DNA of 48,785 nucleotides, the filler included, from Catajapyx aquilonaris (Eukaryota), in NCBI GenBank assembly GCA_000934665.2. It is 3 parts of 3 records of this genome, joined end to end, with 100 filler letters (N's around TTAATTAATTAA, not from the genome) between each part and the next. Parts side by side here need not be neighbours in the genome. Positions count along the whole stretch, not along the records: positions 1 to 16,195 come from JYFJ02007260.1; positions 16,296 to 32,497 come from JYFJ02007261.1; 1 more part is not named here. One strand, given 5' to 3'. Positions 12,521-24,158 of the stretch are shown one piece after another (within the stretch, counting starts at the first letter, position 1; every line of letters begins with the position of its first letter). The notes beneath the pieces are model-generated. The model ran no database searches. It was not told the DNA's origin and saw nothing but the letters and a program-made list of their open reading frames with translations. The translations under genes were made by a program, and so were the position numbers.

Positions 12521-12644
12521 CACCCTTTCCATATCCATACACCAATAGCATACACCCTGTTGCTTGGGCTGTTGAAATGAAATTAATGCTTGGTCGGGTT
12601 CTTTTTCGCTTTTCACCCGACATGGGGACTGTCTTCGCACTGAC

Positions 12645-12747
12645 TTTCGCAGGCCTCTCCGTATCGCTTGTCGTCATTTGGTGCGAGTGTTGTCTAATAC
12701 GCGTGAAGTGTAATACGAGTCATACGATGTCATATTACAGACCTTAA
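12645..12747 (+). pseudogene. Duplicated 3' fragment of IR-2 (M4 to stop codon)
   Basis: ttttcgcaggcctctccgtatcgcttgtcgtcatttggtgcgagtgttg...accttaa aligns with the IR-2 end at ~9056-9158. Similarity to the IR-2/IR-3 intergenic DNA continues up to the IR-4 ATG. Confidence 0.85.
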
Positions 12748-13069
12748 TTTGAGTGACAGTAGGTCGATAGGTCATGTTTGCAAAATTATTATGGTTTGGC
12801 ACAGCATGTAATAAAGTACACACTGCAAGTCTGTCACATTTTCACCCAGTTATATAAGGCAACTGTATCATGTTACGAAACTACGTCAGGTCACTTCCTA
12901 TCAGATGACACAAATTGCAGTGTCTACAGGGAACAATGTCTGGCACGCACATTGATCCGAATAAATGGCCAAAACGACCTCTAATCATCAATTTTGGGAC
13001 CACATAGTCATTAGGAGGAAATAAAGTAGACTACATTGTGATGTCCTCACTCGTGGACAGTGTGCCATA

Positions 13070-15575
13070 ATGGTACGATGTCTAGTACTGTGTACCGTCC
13101 TGTTAGGAGTGTCAGGTCAGCCTCCGTGGGAAGAATCGGCAGTTTCGCAATTCTTGGATTATGTCGAAGCCCATGTGATCCGAGACTGCTCGCTGGTACT
13201 GGTCAGTGATGGCGTCCAGATACCGGAGCCGTACCTTCAGGTAACGATGTGTCAATTTCGATATGTGCACCGTAACATGTTACACTGTAATCCAGATGCT
13301 GCGGAGCCATCACCAACTGTGGGTGCCAGCAATGGGTGTCCACAACATCAGAAGTCATGTTTGGAACCGGATGTCTTGCAGTTTGTTTGCACACCTCGGA
13401 TCCGACGTACCGGTATGGTCTTCACATCTGGACTACGTAGTGTCGGTTGTGGGAACGGACGAAGCGCCTGATGTCATCCTGAACAGGATTCAGGTCCGGA
13501 GTAGAGTCGCTGTACTTTGGAACGGTACCGGTCTGGACGTGTACGCACCCGGTTTTCTGGTGACAGACAACAGGTCAACGCTCGTGGCTCACTTCACATC
13601 CGGCATGTTGTCACCCTCAAACGCCGACATATTTCGTCAGCATCGTCTCGACCTGATGGGAAAGCCGGTGCGAATGGCCTACACACAAGAGGCGTCGCAG
13701 TTCATGCTCCAGATGGTCGGAAATCGCACCGTGGCCGTCGGTGGTCGCATCGGACCTCTGATGCACGTATTGGAAACCGCATTGAACTACACGCTTGATC
13801 TGACCGTTGTGGATGATCACACCACGGGCATGTTCAGAGAAGGCGTGTGGAACGGACTGATGGGTCAGGTAGTGTACGGACATACGGACGCATCCGACGG
13901 AGGAGGCGTGTCCCTGCATCGATGGCTGGCTGTCGATTTCCTGCCTCCGACCGCGTACGCTAGTCTGACTTTCCTGGTCGGCCCTCTCTCTTCGGCCAAC
14001 TCCTGGGCTGCCATATTTCATCCCCTGGAGCGATCTCTCTGGATCGTAACTGCGGTGGCTCTGCTTTTGGCATCGGTCGTGCTCAAGGCGCGGTTCGGAC
14101 GCAGTCAACTGGCTCTGATTGCTTTACGTCCGCTGCTGGAGCAAGGAGACGTGGAAAGACGCAGCGTATTTTTAGGTACTGTTAGAGTAGATATTTCCTA
14201 CATGACGAAGTGGCAGGAGACGGGGTGGATCGAATGCATCTCCTCGTGGCTAGGACACAATAACGTCCATTGGCTTGCCTTATCTTGCTAATTAACGGAC
14301 ACAGTCATGGCTGGGCCACAATCGATGGGCGCTTATTGACTATTGTGATGTAACCTCAAAAATTCCTGTGCCAGAGTTATGGGGACCCGACCATAAAGGC
14401 CATGCGCCAATGTCATCATACATCTGTACTCAGAACCATCAAGAGTGCAACAGCTACTGGAATCTTTACTTTACATAAACAGTCCTCAAGCAAGTAACGG
14501 AACTCCAATCCGAAGAGTACAATTTCAACAACGTAAGTTACAAAAAGTACTTTACATTTTTAAATCAAACGAACTGATCTAAAAAAGAGGTGAAAATCTA
14601 ACGCTTCACATTTGCTATACCTGAAGGCAAACCAGTCTTTATGAAAATTAAAACAAAATAAAAACAGAAAAACTAAAACCAACCCAAAACCAGCTAGGCT
14701 TTCATGTCTGACATTACTGAGCATAAATTACTTTGCGTTTTGTGGCGCCACAAGCCAACGAACGTTATTGTGGGTTTCCCACGGCTCCATACATTCAGAC
14801 ACGCTCTCTGAAGTGCCCATCGCCTCCGCGACTACCGCCATTTGGCGTAGGAAAGATCCGCCTTGTATACTCATGCTGGATATACTTAGAACTGTTTTTT
14901 GTTTGTTTTTAATTTACAGGAGTATGGTTCCTGCTCTCCATCCTGATTGGAACAGCGTACAAGAGCAAGCTGATGGCAATGCTGACCCAACCGCCAGAAC
15001 CAATTTACCCAAAGACATTTGAGGAGCTGGCATCCACGTCATTGCGTATCGCCCTAGGTCACAGGAATGGCTTGGTAGAGCAGATTGTGATGTCGTCCGA
15101 GTCACCGTCTTTCAAGGTGATCCGAACCAGGCTTCAGACAGCTGAGGGCCTCTATGATTGTGCGCGACAGGCCAAGGAAGGCTTGGTGGCATGCGTGGAC
15201 ATGTCTATCTTTCTGGAGGACGTGGCGGAGGCCCAATTTCAACCCGGTTCGGTGGTGGTGACCCGTACTGGGGCATACCCCATCTTCGGGTCAGTCTTCT
15301 TCCGTCGCGGTTCGCCTGCCGTTCCTGCAGCCAGTCGCGTGATTCGTCGAGCGTTTGACGCGGGCCTCATGCAACAGTGGTCTAGGATGTATCTGGAGAA
15401 GCGCCGTGATGAAAGAAGAGCCAGAGTTCAAAAGGATGGACAGAAAGACGAGCCATATCCGCTGACAATGGCCCACGTGTCCAGTGCCTGCTATTTGTTC
15501 CTTGTGGGCCTCGTTGTGTCTGCAACAACGTTTATAGCTGAACACATATGGGCATCGTGCATGTTGGAGGAATAA
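13070..15575 (+). CDS. Divergent ionotropic receptor IR-4, recent duplicate of IR-3, 3 exons, ~568 aa
   Basis: Exons 13070-13240, 13296-14175 and 14920-15575. Exon 1 (171 nt) and exon 2 (880 nt) have the same lengths and intron positions as in IR-3. The same IR motifs are present. Confidence 0.9.
14368..14600 (+). repeat. Dispersed repeat in IR-4 intron 2; second copy at ~15782-15990
   Basis: gtg(c/t)cagagtta(t/c)gg(g/c)gacccgaccataaaggcc...gtcctca...ggaactccaatc occurs at both sites. Confidence 0.7.
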
Positions 15576-16195
15576 AATGGCCTGAGCACTCCACATTTTA
15601 TTTACATGTAGCAAGAATGAAATGAATGAAATAAACGACCTTGATAGTTACTGAATTACGGAAAACACTTCATTAATTTGTTTTATGTCTTTAATCTGGC
15701 AAAACAGTATGACGTATCGGCCACTTCATTTCCGCAGAGTCTGACATTATTCATGTCCCAATAGCGTAATCGATATGTCAAGTGTCAGAGTTACGGCGAC
15801 CCGACCATAAAGGCCCCGCGCCAATGTATCTCATCATCCACAATTATTCAAAGGCTAATCAAGAACAAGAATTTACATTTACTGTCCTCACAAAAGGAAC
15901 TCCAATCAAACGATTAATAGAATTTACGTTAGAGAAATTACATTTATATTTTAAAATGAAGCTGAGCCAAATAAGATCTGAAAAGCTGATAGTTCACAAC
16001 AGTTTAATTTTAATGTACATTTAATGCAAGTTTTCGGTAAATTTATGCAAATTTAAGATTTCGAAAAGCAAAAACAAGTATGGAAGGGAAAATGGAGGGA
16101 GGGGGAAGCAATGCCCTGAATGCTCAAGGACCCAACTCTACTGCAGCACTCCCATACGCATCCCACAGGCCCTAGCCCAGTGTCCCGCCCCGAAG

Positions 16196-16295
16196 NNNNN
16201 NNNNNNNNNNNNNNNNNNNNNNNNNNNNNNNNNNNNNNNTTAATTAATTAANNNNNNNNNNNNNNNNNNNNNNNNNNNNNNNNNNNNNNNNNNNN
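16196..16295. other. Assembly gap spacer
   Basis: Exactly 100 nt: N runs around TTAATTAATTAA (16240-16251), which gives stops in all six frames. Confidence 0.97.
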
Positions 16296-16692
16296 CCCTT
16301 TCACACACTTACGGTAATTCGGCGTAGAAACATGCTGCCGCTCTCGAATTTCACAGATACCGACATGGAAAGGAGTAATTGCGGGTCAAAATAAAAAAAT
16401 GTACCTGGCCGCGGCGGCCGCAAATATCGCCCGAGGAGAAAAATAAGCGCACCATCTCAAAGTGCAACCCTTTCGCGTCCATATACTCCAGTTTCATGCT
16501 GATACCTCCATATTTGCGGCCGTGACAGCGAGAGGAAGAAGTGTCAAACTCACGGGCCGGCCCGCGACGGGCTCCCCGCAACAATGAATAGCGTAGCCTA
16601 GAGCGCGCTCTTAAGTTAAACTCAGATTTGCTTCAATCCTCAATGTACTCACAGACTCTAGAACCAGTACTTGATGTCTCATTGTTTTAGTA

Positions 16693-16852
16693 CAGTGTCG
16701 GACATTAATCGTGTCGTACTGCTAGTGATATTTTCCAATGTGGCAGAAGAACTAATCTTGCTCGCTCAGCTCGCACTCCACTGCTTCGATTCGTTCTTCT
16801 GCCACTTCGGATAATGTCGCTAGCAGTACGACACGATTAATATCCAACACTG
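16693..16852. mobile_element. Tc1/mariner-type palindromic MITE
   Basis: TA|cagtgtcggacattaatcgtgtcgtactgctag...ctagcagtacgacacgattaatatccaacactg|TA. Confidence 0.8.
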
Positions 16853-16948
16853 TACGACAGTGAATGTACTGCTGTATGTAATTCTGAGAAACATTGACAC
16901 CATGTATTACAAACTTGTCTCACCATGTTTTTATGTCTGTTATAACAG

Positions 16949-17182
16949 TTACACCCAAATCCCAACGAAGTGGAGGAAGTCCGATTTGTCTCTCGTGAAG
17001 GCCTCAAGGAATTTCTGGAGCAGCAACGTGAGCTTGGAAACCCTATCACCCCCTGGTTTCAGCTTATAATAGACACATTTCTACCCCGCTGGTGGGAGAA
17101 CCTGAATGATCTGTCCAAATTCCAAGACCACGAGACAGTGCATAATATGGAGACCAACCCATGCAACAGCAGCAAGAATTGA
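16949..17182 (+). CDS. IDI1: Isopentenyl-diphosphate delta-isomerase (type 1), terminal exon only
   Basis: After the acceptor tataacag| the frame reads LHPNPNEVEEVRFVSREGLKEFL...ITPWFQLIIDTFLPRWWENLNDLSKFQDHETVHNM. This matches the IDI1 C-terminus (PNE..., TPWF...F..WW.NL). Upstream exons were not found and may lie in the gap. Confidence 0.85.
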   Translation, partial: LHPNPNEVEEVRFVSREGLKEFLEQQRELGNPITPWFQLIIDTFLPRWWENLNDLSKFQDHETVHNMETNPCNSSKN

Positions 17183-17606
17183 ATCCAACGTTCAAGTTTT
17201 GACATCTGGAACATCTTCATAAATATTTTGTTATGTATGTTGTCAAATTTATATTATATACATATTTGTATCATTTTGCACATCAGGATGAATTACTAAT
17301 GCACAGCATAAAATTGAATATTAAAATGTGATAAATTTATAGCCACTGGCCTTGTTTACATTCAGGTCCATAGAGTCACATGCCTAATGTTTTTATTAGT
17401 GATTGAGTTTTAATCAAAGTTAACAATTTACTAAATCATACAACCAGGCTTCATGTAAAGGAGCCTCTCTTGCCTGCTGCTTTTGATGGTGTAATTTTGA
17501 GTTAGAATGAGCCAGTGCTCTGATTCCTTGTCACATTCCTAATATATCATCTCTTACTTTCACAGAACATTTAGTTTTTGATTTATTTTTCAACGGTGGA
17601 GGAATT

Positions 17607-20600
17607 ATGTCTCAGTTAAGCAGCAACTGCAGCACTCCAGTGCAGCTCCAACTGGAGGCTGCAGAAAAAGAAGAGGCCTTTCTGGAGTCAGTATTTCTTG
17701 CTGTGGCCCAGTTTAACTTTGACCGGGCCAAGGAAATGGCAGACAGGGAGCGGGAAGGAAGTCCCAGAGCAGGACCCCAGGGAAGCTGGCCTTCAGTCCT
17801 TTCTGCTGTCGCCCAGTTTGCCATGGCTGAGAAGGCCTATCAGTCTCTTCTCTTCCTGCAGCCAAAAGGATTCCTCAGGAAAGAGGTACCCACCATATTC
17901 CCTTTTATCCTGCACTTTGCTTCACAAGGGTTGCTTAACCCATTCCCGCAGCAGCTGTTCCCTTTGTATGCTAAAAGTTACTGTAAATTTGTGTATAATA
18001 TTGGATTTGTTTAGATGCCTGTTACATTATGACAAAGTGCTCTATGAGCATGGTTGGATTATTGAGTGTGGTTTGCATGTTGTGATTGTTGGTGTTGCAA
18101 TCCAGCAACTGGGGTGGGAAAAAATGCAATAAAATTATTCACTCAGCTGGTCCATGTCCTTTTCCTGCATTGCTGTCATTGCAGGATTGCCCGAATATCC
18201 TAAGGAAAATTATGCAAAGTTTCATTTTATATTGCTAAAATTTTCTTCTTTGGAAATCCATGCCATATTGATGACTTGATTTTAGTGTTATGTTGGATGG
18301 AATCTTTTTTGAATGAGATTATTACATCCTGTTGCTTACAGCATTTGTTGCAGATGTGTCCTCATGTCAACTAATTCCGAGCTCTTCGAATGTTGCAAAG
18401 GTATGAGGATGGACGGATGAGCCATTGGCATCATATTATATTTATTTGGTCACAAATGCAGGCACTATGACAAAATGACTAATCTGCTGTTATACTCTGG
18501 TTTTACTGGCATTGTGTAATTCATGGTGCTGTGTTTAAAAGTATTTATTTATCTTTGGGAATACCTCTTTGCCATTTTAAATAGTGCTGAATAGCCATCA
18601 CATGTTCATAAAGCATAGCAAGAGCTAAGCATAGTAATGTGAAGCAGGGATTTGAGATGTCGTCATGCAAACGTGATGTTTTCTGAACATCAGCAGCCAA
18701 CGTTCAAGTTAGTTATTGCAGTAAAAATACCAAGTAAATATGCGTGGCCCCATCATGTTGAAATAGCTGGAAGAAAATCAAATCTGCCTGTACGACCAGA
18801 TTTCCACAGATACGAATGAAACCTCCATTCTGTAGAGAACAGTATTTCTGATGTCCTGCACAATGATATGTTGCATAAGTTAATTATCTGGATGAAAATA
18901 ATATTGAAAGTTGCAACCCATTTGGATTTGATCATTTCCATTTTTCATCCAAGCTATCAAATACTGTCCACTTTCTTGTCTGCATATGGTTACGAAAGGT
19001 CAGGCACATTGGTTTCAAGAGAGATAACTTTTCCTCCACTTCCAATCAGCCTGTCATCCACGGGGCACGGGGATAGCAAGAAAAACAAGAATTACACAAA
19101 ATACAGAGAATGATATTGTGCTGAGCAGAGCAAATCTCACAGTTGTTGATCTGTTGTTGAATGAAAATTTAATTTTGTTCATCTTATTCTAATCAGTCTA
19201 ATGCAAATGCCTAGACCCTACCATGACATGTTTTAAACTTATTTGATAGATTTGTTGATCCCCCAATGTGTAATTTGGTTCCATATGACATGGAGAATTT
19301 TTCAACTTCTGAATTAATGACAATAGGCCTGTACTGTACAGGTCACAGCACAAGTAATAGAGCAGTTTTTGGTTGTTGAAACTTCAGTTCTGCAGAGATG
19401 ATTAAGGTTTGCTACTTTTGTGACATTCATCATATTCTGTATTGTTATCATTCATTTGTGAATTAATGAAACCCATCTGCCAATTAAGTGAACTGTTAAC
19501 ACTGATAGCAACACCCATCCTCATTTCACAGGTGTTTGGAAGCATTGGGTGTTCCTATTTGGCAAATGAAATTGCACAACATTGCTGTTATTAGGTAACT
19601 CAAGGTTGCATAATATGTAGGCATTATTTTCATATTATGCTTCTGATATAGATGGCAATGACTTTTTTTAAGAAGATCATACAGTTGCATCGAAATTTTT
19701 GAGTGGAATTATTTAGGTGACATGAGTTTGTCTAGTGTAAGGAATTTCTGTCTAACACATGCTATTGTGGATCTATTTTTAGAACACTTTGAAGGCAAGC
19801 TATGAGTCTCTTCGTGCTGATCTTCGTCGTGTAGAGGACAGCATTCGTGCTGAGCTTCGTCGTGTAGAGGACAGCATACGAGGAAGTGTGGTTGATCGAT
19901 TTATTGCTTCCCTGGCTGGTCAGCTGGGTCAACTCCTAGCAGCACGAATAGATCTTATGGAACTCTATGAGAAGATGTATACTATGGGGATTGGCAAGCA
20001 GGTGATGTTCGAGGAACTTTTGGCAGATATCCGAGACATTTCTAAGCATTACCCAGCCTCGTTTGATCATCCTGTTCTTTCTTCTCTCAATCTGGCATTT
20101 GGGTGAGTAAGGGCTTGTGTAAATGCATGCCTGATGTAATTAATAATTTTTTTAAACATTAGACTGGAATGCAACGTCCTGATTCAGCTACTACAAGCTC
20201 AAGTGGAGATCCAGCAGTGGCGTTTCCTAACCTCACTCATGCATTTGCATGAGGCTCATGGAAAGCTCACCACATGGGGTTCCTTGCTACCTAGCAGAGA
20301 GGTAGGCCCATTTACATTGCTATCACCTCTGTTTTTCTGTGTAAGAACTTGGATGACACACAAGAAATGGCGTAGTGCATTGCATAAGTATGAAAATGAA
20401 CGGGTTCAGCAACTGGAGTGTTTACTCTACTTGACCATTTTCATTCACTTTTGCTATATTTGTAGTCCTACTTCATGCTCTTAAATTAGAGTGTATTTTG
20501 ATAAGATGATTAGTACCAGTGGATAATAGTGGAATGTGAAATTGTGCGCCTACTTTTTTACTGAAACAAGAAAATGCTGCACTGGTGTTTTGCACACACC

Positions 20601-22762
20601 ATAATTTTTGGAGAGAGAAAAAAAGCATTTTAAAATGAGAACTGGACATGGAAATGGAAATACACATTTTTATTTCAAATATTAATTATGAAACAGTTTT
20701 GTTTTGCACCTTGATGAAGGTGCCTCTGCCAATGCATGATTCAGGGATAGGATTTTGTAATATACATAGTTTCAGTCATTGAAAGCATAAGTGATTAAAT
20801 GATCATTTTTGCCTATTGCTGCTTATGGCTACTGCTCAAGTGAGTGTACCATTACATCACACTTGCATGCACCATCTTGGTTTTGAGATCTTGACAACAG
20901 TACTTACAATGTTCTCCTTTCAGACTCGCAAGTTGGGCTTCAGTGCAAGCTATTTTATGAAGCCCAACCAGACCTCAAACCTTCACCAGTGGCTGTGGAA
21001 GCTGAAGGGGGCACTCCTGTCCAAATTCTCTCTCTACTTCTATGAGATTCTCTCTAAACAGACAACCCCAGCAGAAATGAAGCTGCAGTGCTCTAAGTTG
21101 CCCAACGACTATGTTCTGAAGTATGACTTTTCCATTCCTCTTTTTTGATTATCACATTGCTATGAAAAAGTTGTATTGTTTAACATTAATCACTCAATGT
21201 TATGGTATTCTTATCTTATAATTGACCTTTTTTGTTTAAATTCCTTTTGTTAGGATTAGCTCATTCCAACGTAAAACAGATGCAGCTCTAGTAGCTCTGG
21301 TTTTCGATGCCCATGGTGTGGAGGACTACAAAGGGCATGCTGGGTACCACCACCCTAAGAAGGGAAGCGAACCTCCCAAAGGAATTGATTCTTACCCAGC
21401 TGTCTTTTGCTATCCAGCTGTGAGTGAAAATCTGTAACCTTTCATTAGCACGTAAGGCCGAATGAAAAGTAGTGTAAATGGTTTTTGTAGCTGAGAATTG
21501 CATGTCTTAATTTGAACATTACTATTACATTCCCCATTAGTCAAGCATCTGGGAGGCACCATTTGCAGAGCAATTAGTGTTCAAGTGTACAATGGATCAC
21601 CCTATGTAGCGAGGGTGTACAGTACTGGACAGTACCAGTACTTCTCACTGCTACTTATCAAATGGTTTGATTACCAGACTGACATAATTACGACAGTATG
21701 CATTGTAGTGCAGCGCATTTGATGCTAGAGCACCCCTCATTATTTGTAGAAGCGTTTGTTACCTGGTATGGCAGTGCATTGTAGCTACCTGCTACCAACC
21801 ACTGGATCAACATGGGTTTGAATCATGATGGCATATAACATCAAGTTTTATTCATGAATATTGTTCCAGTGAGGGTGTCTTAGGACATTACATCAGAAGA
21901 TTTACTTCTTGTCCACACATAGAGTATGTAGCCTTCACATAGGCATGAAATTGATGTAATGTGTCCTGGACAATGCTTACTGGTGAACCTCTAAGGCCTA
22001 AGCAAACACTCACATTGGCATTTGACTCTGCAACTGGCAGACTTTCCACTACTATTTATTCAGCCTCTGTCTGTAATATATGACTGACGTATTGTGGGTT
22101 GGGGAAAGATAGCGGATTTTTGGAGATAAAGAGCAAGGGATGAAAGGCTGTTTCAAAATTTATGTTGAAATGACACTGAGCACTGTAAAACAGCAGAATG
22201 AACTATGAACATGATCATGTTTACTTGCAATGATTTTTCCACAATTATTATGCAGTAAAAACCCATCAAAGTACCCATCAAGAGTATTTCTTCACTAGAT
22301 GAAAGTGCCTAACTATTCTATTGATTTTATGCCATGACTTGTTGTATTTATCGTGTTTTTAATTTTCAGAGGAACATATCCCATTGGCCTAATGTGGTCA
22401 TGATGCTGACTGACAAAGGTTCAGAACTGAATTCACTGGACAGAGTTGTATACTTTTATGATCAACGTGTAAGTACTACTATTGAAAATTTAATCTGAAA
22501 ACTTTCCTGACGGTGACAGAATCATACTTGAGCTGAAGAATTTCATGAGTTGACTTGTTCTTTGTAATAATTATTCAAACCATATTTTTAGGTGCAGAGC
22601 ACATACTTCCTGTTTCGAGGGGATGTTAGAATGACATTGGTCGTCATCTTTGACTCTCGGAAGTCAGAAAAGGACAGCAACATACAAAACTTTATGACCG
22701 ACATGTGCTCACAGCTGCGGTGCACTAAGGTCTTTGCCAGCCTTAAGCCAGGTTCAAAATGA
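17607..22762 (+). CDS. KICS2: KICSTOR complex subunit 2 (C12orf66 homolog), 7 coding exons, ~456 aa
   Basis: Exons 17607-17885, 19783-20102, 20163-20301, 20924-21120, 21254-21419, 22370-22468 and 22592-22762, all GT-AG and in frame. Diagnostic segments: FNFDRAKE, SKFSLYFYEIL, GYHHP...PKGIDSYPAV, HWPNVVMMLTD, VQSTYFL and KVFASLKPG. Confidence 0.93.
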
Positions 22763-23951
22763 TGAAAGACAATGAGTGTGGACTCCAGTGACGTCATTGA
22801 AGTGACACTTTCTGACTGCCTGTTGTTGTTTGTGACTGGTCTCATTTGTTGGGAATATTCTTGTTCAAGCATTGATAAGTTCTGTTGCAGAGGTAACTGG
22901 AAACAATGTTAGGGAGATATACAAGTATCTCGAAGAACTGTGAAAATGCATGTTTGGTGAATGCTGCACTTGTTTTTCCATACCAATAAGTTACAGAAAA
23001 TAATTGTACTTTTTTGTAACAATAAAAATGGAAATAGCAATTGTGATGTTTACTGAAGACCCATGAATGTGAGACTGTAATTTCAACTAAGTATATTGTA
23101 AATCTTAAAAGTAGTTCTCTCAAATTGTGAAATAAAAGGAAATTATAGGATCACAAGTGTGCCGCAGTCATTGCATTATTATCAACAGTGTAAAAATGTG
23201 TCATTTTCAGTTACAGATTTCAGGCTGCCTCTAATGGTAGGCTACTTGAGTCAACCCTGGTAATCAACTGATCAGTGATGCTATTCTGCTGTGCCTTTGT
23301 GGGTGTCTCTTGTTTCAGTATGAAGCTTCACTTACTTACACCATTATAGTTGAAGTTCTTGTTCAAATCATGTTTTTTGGCCGTCAGGAAGCTAATATAA
23401 GTGCTATTGGCGAGATTTGTGGTTCATGGAAGTTTCTTGGGATGGGGAATGCAACATTTCGAAAAGCCAGAAATCGTGAATTATGCAAGCTATGAATGTC
23501 AATTCCCTTTATTGTTTATTCATTGGTTAGTGACAACGCGTGACTCAAGGATACAAGCTGCTCTGTGTCGCACCCCCTGAAACTTCATCTCACATCTCCT
23601 AGGAGTGCAGGCACCCCAGGTTCAGAACCCCTGGATTAGGATATCCAAAATGTGAAGTAAGCATTGCAGACATGCAATGTTACCTGTAACAAGTTAACTT
23701 ACTTGTAATACTACTTATAACAACACCCAATTTTGTATTATGGTTTTTTAAAATGTAAATAATGGATGTGATTACTCTTTGCTGTTGATGTGTTATGCAA
23801 CATTCATTTGAAGCTTTGATGCACAATATGATGCATCATACCATATTATCCTGCATAATAATTGGGGAAGAGGACAAAACTATGGTGTGCTGTCCTTCAT
23901 TTTACAGCTCAAACTTTTTTAACGCATTTAGCAAGTAAAATACAGACAAAC

Positions 23952-23952
<1 letters not shown>

Positions 23953-23979
<27 letters not shown>
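23953..23979. repeat. (CT)n microsatellite
   Basis: Directly visible. Confidence 0.9.
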
Positions 23980-23982
<3 letters not shown>

Positions 23983-24158
23983 AGCCAACCTTGTCTTACA
24001 CTGGCATGCTAGTATAGCCACCACACGTTTTCTAAAATCTCGTCAAGTCACGAATTTAACAGCATTCCGCTTTATTCAGGGCTACAATAAGTAATAATGA
24101 AAGTGCCACAATAACGGTTTATTTCTATAACATTTACAGTCATATCTAGTGAGTATTT

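Noticed and set aside
4297..15614. Many antisense and alternate-frame ORFs over the IR genes
   Set aside because: Shadow ORFs of GC-rich coding sequence with no recognisable motifs.
16240..16251. TTAATTAATTAA palindrome inside N runs (also 32542-32553)
   Set aside because: Artificial six-frame-stop spacer, identical in both 100-nt gaps; not biological.
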